Source: a virus
Taxonomy: Duplodnaviria > Caudoviricetes
Length of the DNA stretch: 54,787 nt
Direction: 5' to 3' (one strand)
IMG/VR virus record: IMGVR_UViG_3300037233_000021
Location: 1-54,787 of that record
Shown here in pieces: positions 1-9,106 of this stretch. Position numbers and translations under genes: made by a program. Below the pieces are notes generated by a model. It did no database searches and was not told where the DNA came from. It saw only the letters and a program-made list of their open reading frames with translations. Every line of letters begins with the position of its first letter. The first letter of the stretch is position 1.

Positions 1-196
1 ACGCATACGGAGTGATGTCAACCCAGCCGCCGACCTTCTGTGCAAGGCCGGATGATGGAGCGAAGCGCACGAGGTTGCCGAGCTTCCAGCGTCCCTGAGC
101 TTCGTTGTCCGCGAGTACTGACAGGATGCCAGGAGCAACCTGCATCGGCAGCATATCGTCTTCGATCTTTTGCCGTTCATAGGGCAGCTTAAGCAT
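1..196 (-). CDS. 5' part of podovirus tail nozzle / DNA stabilization-like protein (runs off the window)
   Basis: Manual translation MLKLPYERQKIEDDMLPMQVAPGILSVLADNEAQGRWKLGNLVRFAPSSGLAQKVGGW resembles the 'PG..GRW..NLVRF..KIGGW' N-terminus of nozzle proteins; ATG overlaps the upstream stop. Confidence 0.7.
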   Translation of the reverse strand, partial: MLKLPYERQKIEDDMLPMQVAPGILSVLADNEAQGRWKLGNLVRFAPSSGLAQKVGGWVDITPYA

Positions 197-1853
197 AGCG
201 CCGCGCCCTTGCAGCCCGTGCGACAGCCTGCTGTTGCGCTGTTGCTGCTGCTGCCTTTCGCTGCATCAGGTGCTGCTGAAGAGGCGTGACGGTCGCTGAT
301 TGCGGAGTCAATGCTGGTAAGCCTGCCTCTGCTGCTGTAGCTGACGCAGTGTTGTGTCCGCCCGCTGTCGGCAGACCACCGGCCAATGCTGGTACAGCGA
401 CGCCACCGATCTGCTTCAACGTGTTAAGTAGTGATCCAGGACCAGTGCTTGCGCCGCCTAGTCCCAATCCGTTACTGACTCCGCTGGAGAGTGAGCCCAG
501 TGCAGCGCTCGCGCCAGACGATATGCCGCCCTGTATAGCTCCTTGAACTCCACCTGTTACGCCACCCTTCAAGATGGAGGCACCTATCTTCGCGGTCGTT
601 GGGTTGAGTAAGCCGCCAGTCGCATCAGAGATCTCCTGCGCGCCGCCGCTATTCATGTAGCCAGATGTTGCGCCTCCGACTGCGCCAGTGAGAGCGCCAG
701 TCAATGGGTTGCCGCCGCTCAGTTCTGAGCCAGCTGCGCCTTCTCCAGCACCGATGATTGCGCCTCCAGCTGCTGCGCCACCAGCGCCTGTGCCAGCGCC
801 TACAGCAGCGCCGAGGGCTGCAGAAGCTCCGCCAGCTGTGAGGAACATGCCAGCCGCAGAGAGAGCGAACTCACCCAGGCCGATGTTGTCGTTGCGATTC
901 TGCGCCTCGTATGCCTTGTCGTTTGATGCGAATCGCGCGAGGTCAAGCGCTCCGCCTGCTCCAAAGTTTGCGTCAGCGCTAGTTGACGTGTCCTGTCCCC
1001 ACACGGTGCCCATATCTCCGCCAATCTGTCCTTGGCCGTAGGACGCCTGTCCTGCCATCTTCGCGATGTATGGAGCAGCGGCTGCATAGAATGCATCGTA
1101 CTGAGCTTCAGTCTTGACCGCGCCACCGCCGAGACTGGCAATGGTTGCGCCGTGCAACATGTAGTTGAGCCCACCGCTGGCTGCTGCGGTCTGGAACGCC
1201 TGAGTATAGTTTCCTGACTGTAGGCTGCCTGTGATGCTCTTACCAGCAGCTGAGGCATCGAACGCTTGCGCGCCGGGGAGAGCCTTTGCCCAGTTGATTG
1301 TCGCGCCGTTGCTCGGGTTAGTTGGGTCATTGAACGCTTTCGCTGCATTCGCTTCAGTGCCGTTCGACCAAGCACCGCCATTCATGATGCCAGCTGTGGG
1401 TCCTTGCATTGCCTGTAGCGCGCCAGCTGTCTGTGTGGTCATCGCATTGAATACGCCACCGGGGCCAGTCCCGGCGTCCGCGATCAGTGTCTGTGAGGAT
1501 ATAGGAGACGCAGCCTTCGGAGCGATAGTGATACCGAAGCCGTTCGTCTGCGGTGAGTTTTGCACAGCGCGTGAGACATCGATGCCCCAGCTATTCGTCT
1601 GTGGCGCTGGAGTTGCGACCTTTGGAACTGTAGATGCCACAGTCTTGGGCGCTGCCTGCGGCATTGCGACCGCTGCTTTCGGTACTGGAGTCGGCGCGGC
1701 TGGAGCTGGTTCTGATGCTGCCTGAGTAGCTTTTGGCGCGGCAATGACCTCACTGGGCTGAGGCGATGCCTGTGTCTTCACTCCATACGCATCGGTCTCA
1801 GGTGTCAGCGCTCCCTGGCCGAGCGGACCTTGTAACCCTACCAGCGCGACCAT
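189..1853 (-). CDS. Gly/Ala-rich putative virion (internal/ejection) protein
   Basis: Long ORF in the tail operon; probable ATG at 1853 (TAATG overlap); Pro/Ala linker and glycine-zipper-like hydrophobic repeats. Confidence 0.6.
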   Translation of the reverse strand: MVALVGLQGPLGQGALTPETDAYGVKTQASPQPSEVIAAPKATQAASEPAPAAPTPVPKAAVAMPQAAPKTVASTVPKVATPAPQTNSWGIDVSRAVQNSPQTNGFGITIAPKAASPISSQTLIADAGTGPGGVFNAMTTQTAGALQAMQGPTAGIMNGGAWSNGTEANAAKAFNDPTNPSNGATINWAKALPGAQAFDASAAGKSITGSLQSGNYTQAFQTAAASGGLNYMLHGATIASLGGGAVKTEAQYDAFYAAAAPYIAKMAGQASYGQGQIGGDMGTVWGQDTSTSADANFGAGGALDLARFASNDKAYEAQNRNDNIGLGEFALSAAGMFLTAGGASAALGAAVGAGTGAGGAAAGGAIIGAGEGAAGSELSGGNPLTGALTGAVGGATSGYMNSGGAQEISDATGGLLNPTTAKIGASILKGGVTGGVQGAIQGGISSGASAALGSLSSGVSNGLGLGGASTGPGSLLNTLKQIGGVAVPALAGGLPTAGGHNTASATAAEAGLPALTPQSATVTPLQQHLMQRKAAAATAQQQAVARAARARRYA

Positions 1854-2140
1854 TACCCTCTCCTTCTCAGATACTCCTTGCGCCAATTACAGTTATGGCA
1901 GAGCACCTGATAGTTTGCGGGAGAGACCAGACCCTTCACCAGCTGCTGTGCTAGATTCTTGCCGTTTTTTCTCTCGGCAGCGCCATCATCCATCCTGTGG
2001 TCTATCACGAGGATCATTGGGTCATCTATACCACAGTAGGCGCACAGAGCACCCAGGATAGCCAAGGCTGCTTTTCGGATCTTGTCATGGTGCTTCCTAC
2101 CGTGCAGCTGCGAGTAGGCTTTGGTTGGTCTGTAGGTCAT
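1853..2140 (-). CDS. HNH-type homing endonuclease
   Basis: CAYCG..LVIDH..YQVLCHNCN motif. Confidence 0.8.
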   Translation of the reverse strand: MTYRPTKAYSQLHGRKHHDKIRKAALAILGALCAYCGIDDPMILVIDHRMDDGAAERKNGKNLAQQLVKGLVSPANYQVLCHNCNWRKEYLRRRG

Positions 2141-2142
2141 AT

Positions 2143-3795
2143 TTAACTGACCGTGCCGATAGTGTGCGGCGAGCCGCCTCCAGAGATGACATTGACCGTC
2201 GAGCTATTCTTTGCGATGGCATTGCCAGCTGTGCCAGCTGCGCCGCCAGCGATCTGGAACGTACCGGCAGGGCTGCCACCAGCAGTGCCTGCAGAGCCCC
2301 AGTTGCCACCAGCGCCACCGTCGCCACCGTCCATTCCTGCGCCTGCCTCTGCGCCCGCTCCGCCGACGCCGAAGGCATTGGCTGCAGCTGTCGTGCCTAC
2401 CCGTGAGACCAAGCCGCTGATAGCTGAGTGCGTTCCTGTGTCTGCGTTGATGGCGCGTGCGCCCCTGCCGAAGCGAGGGTTGCCGCCAGCACCGCATCCG
2501 CCGCCGCCCGCATTGGCAACGAGAGATGATGCGCCTGAGTTCGCTGAGCCTACGCCACCGCCGCCACCGCCACCGCCACCGCCCCAGATATAGCCTGCAG
2601 CGTTCGTGACGTTCGTGGTCGTGCCTGAGCCTGAGCACTGGACCGCGATGCCACCGTTGCCACCATCCTGAGCGTCTTCGCCAGTCTGGTCTCCGCCGCT
2701 GCCAGTCATGATCTGCCAGCCACCGTCGCCGCCATAGCCGCCAGCGCCCTGGATATATCCCAGGTTGATGAGGTTGATGACTGAGCCGGATGGCATGCCG
2801 CTCAAGTCCATCGCGGGCAGTAGTGGCGTGAGCGAGGATACGATTGCGCCGCGCCCGACTGTGATCGTGACGTTCACCGGCGATGAGACTGTGCCGCCCA
2901 TCTGAGCAAGCAGGTTGAAGCTGTATGTGTTCTGCTCGATGTTGATCGCAAACGCTGCAGATGCCGAGTTATAGCCTGTGGTCGGAACCTTGCATATCCA
3001 GCTGGTGAAGTGCGAGCTGTACACCATGTTGATGACTGTTACGCCATTGGCGGACGTGTCAACAGTGTTGCTGCCGTTCGGGAAGGCGAATACCGCGTTC
3101 CACGATGTTATATGCCCGCCGCCTGAGTCCTGCGCGAGGATGAGCGTGATGGACTGGCCGTCGATTGGATTGGTCGGTACACCCAGCGTGAGGTTGCCGG
3201 TGAGTACAATGTACTGGCTATTACCGTTCGCAGCGTTGAGCGCGACTGAGCCCGCGTAGGTCTCAACGAAGAACGGGCTCGACATCTGGTTATAGAACTC
3301 AGCGGCTGGAGCTGTCCCCGGCGTGTCAGCGTTCACGCTTGTGTCGAGCCGAGCGTAGAAGGCTGCTACTATACCGCCCAAGGTCGATGCATCGCCGCTC
3401 GCGGAGTAGACGTTATTTGAGCCGTCGCAGTAGCAAAGGGCCACGCCGCCCTGGGGGAGTACAAGAGCAGTTGAAGGTGAGGCAGTCTGCACTGTCACAG
3501 TGAATGCGCCGGATGTGGCGTTATTGAATAGATATACCTTGTTCTCATTAGGGATGACGATAATGACATCGCCCGAGAGAGTGCCGTTGAACTGTATGAC
3601 CGCGTTTCGCGCCTGATTGCTCGCGCCGTTAGTAGTGCTCAGCGTGATTGTACCAGTGCTGATCGTCACAGCGAGATAGCCTGCAATCGCCTGCTCGATC
3701 AGTCCGAATACCACGTTCGCGACGTCGCCCCATGTGTTCGGGTTCGAGCCGTCATCCTGGAGCGTGAGACCTAATGCTGGTGAATATGTGACCAT
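2143..3795 (-). CDS. Tail fibre / receptor-binding protein with C-terminal polyglycine (gp38 adhesin-like) domain
   Basis: N-terminal TYSPALGLTLQDDGSNPNTWG anchor typical of podoviral fibres; C-terminal INLGYIQGAGGYGG..NAAGYIWGGGGGGGGGG blocks. Confidence 0.8.
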   Translation of the reverse strand: MVTYSPALGLTLQDDGSNPNTWGDVANVVFGLIEQAIAGYLAVTISTGTITLSTTNGASNQARNAVIQFNGTLSGDVIIVIPNENKVYLFNNATSGAFTVTVQTASPSTALVLPQGGVALCYCDGSNNVYSASGDASTLGGIVAAFYARLDTSVNADTPGTAPAAEFYNQMSSPFFVETYAGSVALNAANGNSQYIVLTGNLTLGVPTNPIDGQSITLILAQDSGGGHITSWNAVFAFPNGSNTVDTSANGVTVINMVYSSHFTSWICKVPTTGYNSASAAFAINIEQNTYSFNLLAQMGGTVSSPVNVTITVGRGAIVSSLTPLLPAMDLSGMPSGSVINLINLGYIQGAGGYGGDGGWQIMTGSGGDQTGEDAQDGGNGGIAVQCSGSGTTTNVTNAAGYIWGGGGGGGGGGVGSANSGASSLVANAGGGGCGAGGNPRFGRGARAINADTGTHSAISGLVSRVGTTAAANAFGVGGAGAEAGAGMDGGDGGAGGNWGSAGTAGGSPAGTFQIAGGAAGTAGNAIAKNSSTVNVISGGGSPHTIGTVS

Positions 3796-3799
3796 CTAC

Positions 3800-4495
3800 C
3801 TATTCCTGTGCCGGGTTCTGACCGGGTGTTTTGCCGTCTGGCATCTCAAGACCGTTGCCCTTGAGCGCCTGTAAGTCTGTTCTGCGGTACGCGCGCAAGC
3901 GCACCTTCTCGCCTTCGAGCTTCGTCATGTATTCCTGCATCGCCGCGTTGAGACGCGCTGAGTTCTTCAAGAGCAGCGACACTTCGATGATCATCGCCAG
4001 GAACAGAAGCTCCTGTGTCTCAGTGCTGAGCCACGTAGCCGTAGAGCCATCATTCAATGACGTAGGCTCGTATGGACCCCAGCTGCGGATCGTGTACGTG
4101 ATGTCAGGATATGGAGCGAACATCCAGTTCGATGCGTCCACTTCCGCGAAGTACTTGGGCGGGCCGACGTTGGCCGGGTTCAAGTAGTCGTGCAGCCACG
4201 CCTTATCCCGGCGCACACACGGCATCCACTGCAGTGCATTGAGCCAGCCGACCTCGTCTGTGACGATGAGGCCAGTAGGTCGCGCCACGATGGTTGTAGT
4301 CGTCGAGGCTGCTAGCGAGCTGGCAGACGACACGGTGTCGAAGATCGTGAGGTCTAAGTCTATTGTAACCCGCTTCTCAGCTAGGTAGACCAGCTGCGGA
4401 AGCACCGTCGAGTTCACCCAGTCGGCGTCCGTGTCATCGAGCCACGTCTGCACAGCGTTCGTGAGGGTCGTGTATGTCCATGCTAAGCCGGTCAT
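3800..4495 (-). CDS. Head-tail adaptor / tail tubular protein
   Basis: TYTTL..VQTWL..LAEKRV..GPPKYFA..APYPD motif pattern; position in the tail operon. Confidence 0.7.
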   Translation of the reverse strand: MTGLAWTYTTLTNAVQTWLDDTDADWVNSTVLPQLVYLAEKRVTIDLDLTIFDTVSSASSLAASTTTTIVARPTGLIVTDEVGWLNALQWMPCVRRDKAWLHDYLNPANVGPPKYFAEVDASNWMFAPYPDITYTIRSWGPYEPTSLNDGSTATWLSTETQELLFLAMIIEVSLLLKNSARLNAAMQEYMTKLEGEKVRLRAYRRTDLQALKGNGLEMPDGKTPGQNPAQE

Positions 4496-4496
4496 G

Positions 4497-5414
4497 CTAT
4501 GCCACCGTCACGTTGTAGACGCCGAGATTGGCGAATGGTGATGCGTGCGCTAGATTCCACTTCCAGGTTGCCCCCAGTCCGAAGGTCGTATAGGAAGCAG
4601 CCGAACTGAGCACCAGGACTGCGTTGCTGTTCTGGTCGGTGAACGAGAGGCTCGTGAAGAGCGCCTTTGGAGGGTACACGCCAGCGAGCTTGTTGATTGT
4701 GATGTTCAGTACTGACGGCGAGCCGGTGTCATCCGAAAACAGGGTGCCGACCGTGTGCCCGACAATCGTCGCCGGTACGAGTGAGCCGTAGCCGTCCACG
4801 AAGCCATAGTACGGGTCGAAGATGACAAAGCCAGCAGTCAACACCAATGGCGGCTGCGTGACATTGACGATGTTCGATGGAGGCGAGAGCGTCAAGCCGC
4901 TGTTCTGCCCCCACCATATGCCGGTGACGTAGTAGTTCGAGCCTGACACCCAGCTGGTGTCTGTGTACGTGAGCCCAGATACGACTGGGACTGTGCCCTC
5001 CTCGCGGCCTATCAAGTCCGGCAGCTGCACGAAGATATCGACAGGGATGATCGGATTGACCGTCGCGATTCGGATGTAGCCCATGCCTGGGAGCTGCCGC
5101 CACACATACCAGTTCTTGAGGGTGCCCCAGGGAGTGTCCTGCTGCGTCCAGTTGAGCACCGCATGCGAGCCGCTGAGTGAGCCAGTGAGCACCGGCGAGT
5201 AAGGCATGGGCTGCACGTTGTCAGGGCGAGGCTTGTAGATCGCAATACCCTCTTCAGGGTCGAACGGCTCCTCTTGCTGCTGCGGACCGTCATACCACTC
5301 AGGGTGCACCATCATGCCGCGCAGGTAGCCGTCCTCGATCATATCGGCGCGCAGCATCTTCTGTCCGCTGCGGTCGCAGATAGCTATTGCATTTTTGTCG
5401 CGTGCGTATGCCAT
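4497..5414 (-). CDS. Conserved small virion protein (AICDRSG..RPD domain) with C-terminal beta-rich extension
   Basis: N-terminal ~65 aa MAYARDKNAIAICDRSG..KPRPD followed by an FN3/Ig-like beta-rich region. Confidence 0.65.
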   Translation of the reverse strand: MAYARDKNAIAICDRSGQKMLRADMIEDGYLRGMMVHPEWYDGPQQQEEPFDPEEGIAIYKPRPDNVQPMPYSPVLTGSLSGSHAVLNWTQQDTPWGTLKNWYVWRQLPGMGYIRIATVNPIIPVDIFVQLPDLIGREEGTVPVVSGLTYTDTSWVSGSNYYVTGIWWGQNSGLTLSPPSNIVNVTQPPLVLTAGFVIFDPYYGFVDGYGSLVPATIVGHTVGTLFSDDTGSPSVLNITINKLAGVYPPKALFTSLSFTDQNSNAVLVLSSAASYTTFGLGATWKWNLAHASPFANLGVYNVTVA

Positions 5415-6118
5415 TACCGGAAGCCCCAGCCGTTCGTGCGGTGCCGGATGCGCGTGTTGGCCTTCTCGCGCGTCGAGTCCATCGCCACCTTGAACACCAT
5501 CTCAGCTTCTGCCTTCAGCGCCTCATAGCGCTCGGGTCGCCACTTCTGTGAGAACTTGGCCGCGATGCCAGCTGCTGCCGCCTCGTACCAAGCGTAGGGA
5601 ATGAAGAGCACGTTGTTCGCAGCGCCTGCATCCTGAGCACGGTTGAACACGCTGGCGTTCCAGATGTCCGTGCTGTTCTGCGACGCCTGCCATAGGTAGA
5701 CGACCGGAGATCCGTTGTTGTTGTCAGTCTGATGATTGACCCAGAACATGGTAGGACGCCCTTGCTGCGTCTTGTTCGGGATCGCCTCGTAGTCGGTACG
5801 GGCAATGGGATACATCTCAACGTCGTACCCATCCCGCGTGAGATAGGCGTGAAACACGTCGATGGCCGGGTTGATGAGAGGGATCTGGATCTGTCCCTGC
5901 GCGAGCGTGACGCTATAGGTCGTCATCCAGGGCTGCTTGAAGCCGCGTGACGTCCAGTAGGCGAACATGAAGTTGATCGAGCGTCGCACGGATGTGATGT
6001 GCTCGGAGTCCATGCTCGCCGGGTTTATACCGCAGCGTTCAACAGCCTCTGATACCAGCTCTGCAACTTCGGGAGCGAAGCCATAAGTACCACTAACGGT
6101 CGGGGTAGTCGCTGCCAC
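5414..6118 (-). CDS. Head-tail adaptor / tail tubular protein A-like
   Basis: SGTYGF..ELVSEAVERCG..RRSINFMF..IPNKTQQGRP motifs. Confidence 0.75.
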   Translation of the reverse strand: MAATTPTVSGTYGFAPEVAELVSEAVERCGINPASMDSEHITSVRRSINFMFAYWTSRGFKQPWMTTYSVTLAQGQIQIPLINPAIDVFHAYLTRDGYDVEMYPIARTDYEAIPNKTQQGRPTMFWVNHQTDNNNGSPVVYLWQASQNSTDIWNASVFNRAQDAGAANNVLFIPYAWYEAAAAGIAAKFSQKWRPERYEALKAEAEMVFKVAMDSTREKANTRIRHRTNGWGFR

Positions 6119-6119
6119 A

Positions 6120-7586
6120 CTATGCGCGCTCCACGTTCACATCGAGCTGCACTGTGGCAGTTGTCGTAATGATGCGATAGGCGAAGTGCATGGACGGTAC
6201 TGGAGACACATAGCCCACCGTGAGGGCCGTGGTGCCAGGAGCCGCGAGTGAGAGAGCATTGGACGCGAGCGTGCTGCCCGTGTACGTGCCGTCATCCTCG
6301 TAGCCGACTTGGTTGATCGAGCCAGGAAGGAGAGGCCAGATAGCACCGGACTGATACACGTCAGGCGGATATTCGATTCCGGTGTACGCATACGGGTCGA
6401 GGAAGTTCTGGTCAGTGACCGCGAGGTTGTAGTTTCCAGCCGCGAGCACGATGGCCGAGGCCGATGCACGCCGGTAGCCAGCCTGCAACCACGGTGAGTA
6501 GTTGATCGTATCCCAGCCAGCTTCGAGTGTGAACCCGCCGCCGATGACAACCTGGGGAGTGCCGGACGAGACGATGGACGGTGTCCAGGTGAAGGACGCT
6601 GTCTGCCCCGCTTCCGTGTGCCCGCCCACCTTTACGACTGTGATGATCGTAGCCGTGGAAGAAACGACCACGAACGTGCCGTTGTTGGCAGCTGTCGAGA
6701 AGCCTGTGATGACCACGGTCGAGCCGTTGAACGCGCCAGCCGCGCCACCTGTGAAGGTGCCGGTGTACGTGTTGATGCTACCCGCTGCCACGACTGCGGT
6801 CGCCGCGAGCACCAGGGGATCAGCTTCTGTGACAGCGTTGTTGTTCGCGACCACGATGTCCGTCGCTGTCGAGGTCAGGATCGTGAACGTGCCGTTGTTG
6901 CCTGGGTTGGCAAAGCCTGTGATCGTGATCGTGCCACCGTTGAATGCACCAGCCGCGCCGCCCGTGAATGTCCCGGCGTAGTCTGCTTTGCCAGCAGTAG
7001 GTGTGGCAGCTGTGACGCCAGTGACTGTGGCGAAGGTCGTCTGCGGTGTCTCGTTGACAGCGCTCGCGTTGACCACGCCGATGTGTGCCGATGTGGCAGC
7101 GGTGACCGTGAACGTGCCGTTGTTCGCGGCATTGAGGAAGCCTGAGAAGATGACAGACTCGCCTACCAAGCCTGCGAAGCCTGTGATCGTGCCGAGGTAC
7201 AGCGCCGGTGAGCCGGTCTGGACCTGGGTGAGCGCTATGGTCGCGCCAGCCGACCCGCCTGATGTGACGATGGCGGTAACCGTGTTGAAGAGCGCTTTCG
7301 TCTTGAACGCTGTAGCACCCTGAGCCGTCACCGCAGGGATGACCTCTTGGATCTTATTCCCAGAGCGGTCCGTGCCTGTGACCGTGACCGTACCGATGGT
7401 CGATACGTCATTCGGGGTGAAGAGCACAGGGTTCGCCGTGACGAAGGTCTGACCAGCGGGCTGAGGCATAATGACGCCCGCAGCTGTGACCAGGGTCATG
7501 GGCACGCCCGCAACCGGGGCGGCTCCGACCGCAATACCTGCCGCATTCACCGATATAGGTGAAGCGATTAGGTGCAGGCGACGCAT
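6120..7586 (-). CDS. Virion structural protein with three internal beta-rich repeats
   Basis: T/A/G/V-rich; three copies of (Y)xGT..G..G.T(I/V).I(T/S)GF...(A/G)NNGTF(T/V). Confidence 0.7.
   Translation of the reverse strand: MRRLHLIASPISVNAAGIAVGAAPVAGVPMTLVTAAGVIMPQPAGQTFVTANPVLFTPNDVSTIGTVTVTGTDRSGNKIQEVIPAVTAQGATAFKTKALFNTVTAIVTSGGSAGATIALTQVQTGSPALYLGTITGFAGLVGESVIFSGFLNAANNGTFTVTAATSAHIGVVNASAVNETPQTTFATVTGVTAATPTAGKADYAGTFTGGAAGAFNGGTITITGFANPGNNGTFTILTSTATDIVVANNNAVTEADPLVLAATAVVAAGSINTYTGTFTGGAAGAFNGSTVVITGFSTAANNGTFVVVSSTATIITVVKVGGHTEAGQTASFTWTPSIVSSGTPQVVIGGGFTLEAGWDTINYSPWLQAGYRRASASAIVLAAGNYNLAVTDQNFLDPYAYTGIEYPPDVYQSGAIWPLLPGSINQVGYEDDGTYTGSTLASNALSLAAPGTTALTVGYVSPVPSMHFAYRIITTTATVQLDVNVERA
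6600..7205 (-). repeat. Three ~65-75 aa coding repeats ending in NNGTF (approximate bounds)
   Basis: GTGAACGTGCCGTTGTT-like motif recurs near 6670, 6885 and 7110. Confidence 0.8.
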
Positions 7587-7837
7587 TAGATCTTGGCCTT
7601 AATCCACGCCCAGACTTTCTTCGCCTGTGCCTCGATGTCCATGCCCAAGTGCTTCTCTATCAACTCGATGCGAACCAGGAGGTTCTCAGGAGTTAGCGGC
7701 GGCGATGGCGCTGCCACTGGGTCGGGGACCACAACCACTGCGGGTGATGCCGCGACCAACTGCGCCTCGCCGAGGGTCGGCTGCGCTGCTGCCACGTAAG
7801 GAACATTTGCTGCTGCTGGGACTAATGTATCGACCAT
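7586..7837 (-). CDS. Small Pro/Ala-rich hypothetical protein
   Basis: ATG at 7837 with GGAGAG RBS; stop overlaps the next ATG. Confidence 0.65.
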   Translation of the reverse strand: MVDTLVPAAANVPYVAAAQPTLGEAQLVAASPAVVVVPDPVAAPSPPLTPENLLVRIELIEKHLGMDIEAQAKKVWAWIKAKI

Positions 7838-7873
7838 GTTTCTCTCCACTGTCAGCAATCGCTGCTGAGTTTG

Positions 7874-7886
7874 TAAGTCATTGATT
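7874..7886. promoter_or_regulatory. IHF-box-like site in an intergenic gap
   Basis: TAAGTCATTGATT; its reverse complement AATCAATGACTTA matches WATCAANNNNTTR. Confidence 0.4.
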
Positions 7887-8011
7887 CCACAGGTACATGC
7901 ACGTTTACGACTAAACCCGATATGAACGGGCACGAAACCGATACATTCCTGACTCTAACCGTCGCAAAAGTGAGCGCAATGATCTACGTATCCACTCTGC
8001 CTGTCGCTTCC

Positions 8012-8758
8012 TTATGCCTGGGTCACTCCGAACGCATTCGTGTTGAGCGGACCGCCGAGGGTCTGGTACTCCGTATAGAAGGTCGTCGTTGCCCGCGCGA
8101 GCGTGCCTGCCGGTGAGTACGTGCCACGGACGTCGCCCGTGATGTTCGTAGCCGGTGAGGTCGCATCTGCCTGGACCACTGTGCCAGCGTCAGCTGAGAC
8201 TGTGCCGGATACCATCTTGCTTCCTACCAGAAGTGAGCCTGGGAGTAAGGCGAAGCTCAAGCCAAGGACTGTGCCGAGGCTGACGCCGATGTTGCCGCTT
8301 GTGGTCGCCGTCGCTGTGACGCTGTGGACCGTGTAGAACGCTTTCTTCCCGGCGTCGATGTCTGAGCCTGTGCCGGTCAGGGTGATGAGTTCGCTCATCG
8401 CTGCGCCGTAGTAATCTGTGCCCTGGACCAGGAGGGTCGTGGTGTCCGTGCCGTCAGATGTCACTGTGACGTTGCGCGGGAAGTCGAGAGTTGCCACGCC
8501 GCCTGTGATCGTGATGCCGTTCGCCGAGGCCGCTGTCATAGGATTCGCGACGCCTGCGGTCATTACCGCTACGCCTGCCGTGATCAGCATGCTGGCTGCG
8601 ACCACTGCCGGGTTGCCGAGACCTTCGAACTGCTTGAGTGCTACCGGGACGCCGTTGAGCTGTCCGGCAGCCGAGACTGCGTTGCCCGCGCGAAGGTTGT
8701 CCGTGACGGATATACGATGCTGCGGGTACGTGAATGAACCGTTGAAGGGAGTAACCAT
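8012..8758 (-). CDS. Virion structural / capsid decoration-like protein
   Basis: LDFPRNVTVT..GTDYYG..SELIT..GKKAF motif; T/A/G-rich. Confidence 0.7.
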   Translation of the reverse strand: MVTPFNGSFTYPQHRISVTDNLRAGNAVSAAGQLNGVPVALKQFEGLGNPAVVAASMLITAGVAVMTAGVANPMTAASANGITITGGVATLDFPRNVTVTSDGTDTTTLLVQGTDYYGAAMSELITLTGTGSDIDAGKKAFYTVHSVTATATTSGNIGVSLGTVLGLSFALLPGSLLVGSKMVSGTVSADAGTVVQADATSPATNITGDVRGTYSPAGTLARATTTFYTEYQTLGGPLNTNAFGVTQA

Positions 8759-8843
8759 TTGAATTCCTTAGTATTTATGCCCGTAGACTGCCGGGGAACT
8801 GCAGCATGGAAACTACCATGATTTGGTTTGTGTTCTGCTTTCC

Positions 8844-8854
8844 ATAATACCACG
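8844..8854 (-). promoter_or_regulatory. Extended -10 promoter for the downstream structural genes
   Basis: CGTGGTATTAT (TGn-TATTAT) on the minus strand, back-to-back with the plus-strand promoter. Confidence 0.5.
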
Positions 8855-8856
8855 AT

Positions 8857-8885
8857 TTGACGCGGTGCCCGCCGCTCTGTACAAT
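8857..8885 (+). promoter_or_regulatory. sigma70 early promoter P1
   Basis: TTGACG-N17-TACAAT followed by AGGAGG RBS. Confidence 0.8.
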
Positions 8886-8908
8886 CCTCGCATCACTAGG
8901 AGGATCAC

Positions 8909-9106
8909 ATGGACCGCAACACGACAGCAACGATCACGACCCACGCCTACGACCGCGACTCGAAGTCGATGGTCCGCATCGAGGTATACCTGGAGATCGA
9001 TCTGGTGGCGCTCGCCACCCGCATGGGAAAGAAAGCCTTCGACAGCAAGTCGAAGAAGTCAATCATCTACGGCGGCACAGCAGTCGCCAAGGTCACACGC
9101 TCATGA
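8909..9106 (+). CDS. Small early hypothetical protein
   Basis: Strong RBS; ATGA coupling to the next ORF. Confidence 0.8.
   Translation: MDRNTTATITTHAYDRDSKSMVRIEVYLEIDLVALATRMGKKAFDSKSKKSIIYGGTAVAKVTRS

Noticed and set aside
189-1853. Tape-measure protein
   Set aside because: No tail tube, sheath or chaperone genes; the adaptor and nozzle set is podovirus-like
2143-3795. Diversity-generating retroelement targeting the tail fibre
   Set aside because: No reverse transcriptase and no TR/VR pair seen in the window
286-7799. Many plus-strand ORFs opposite the structural genes (also 51009-52667)
   Set aside because: Antisense shadows of GC-rich coding sequence, with no RBS or motifs
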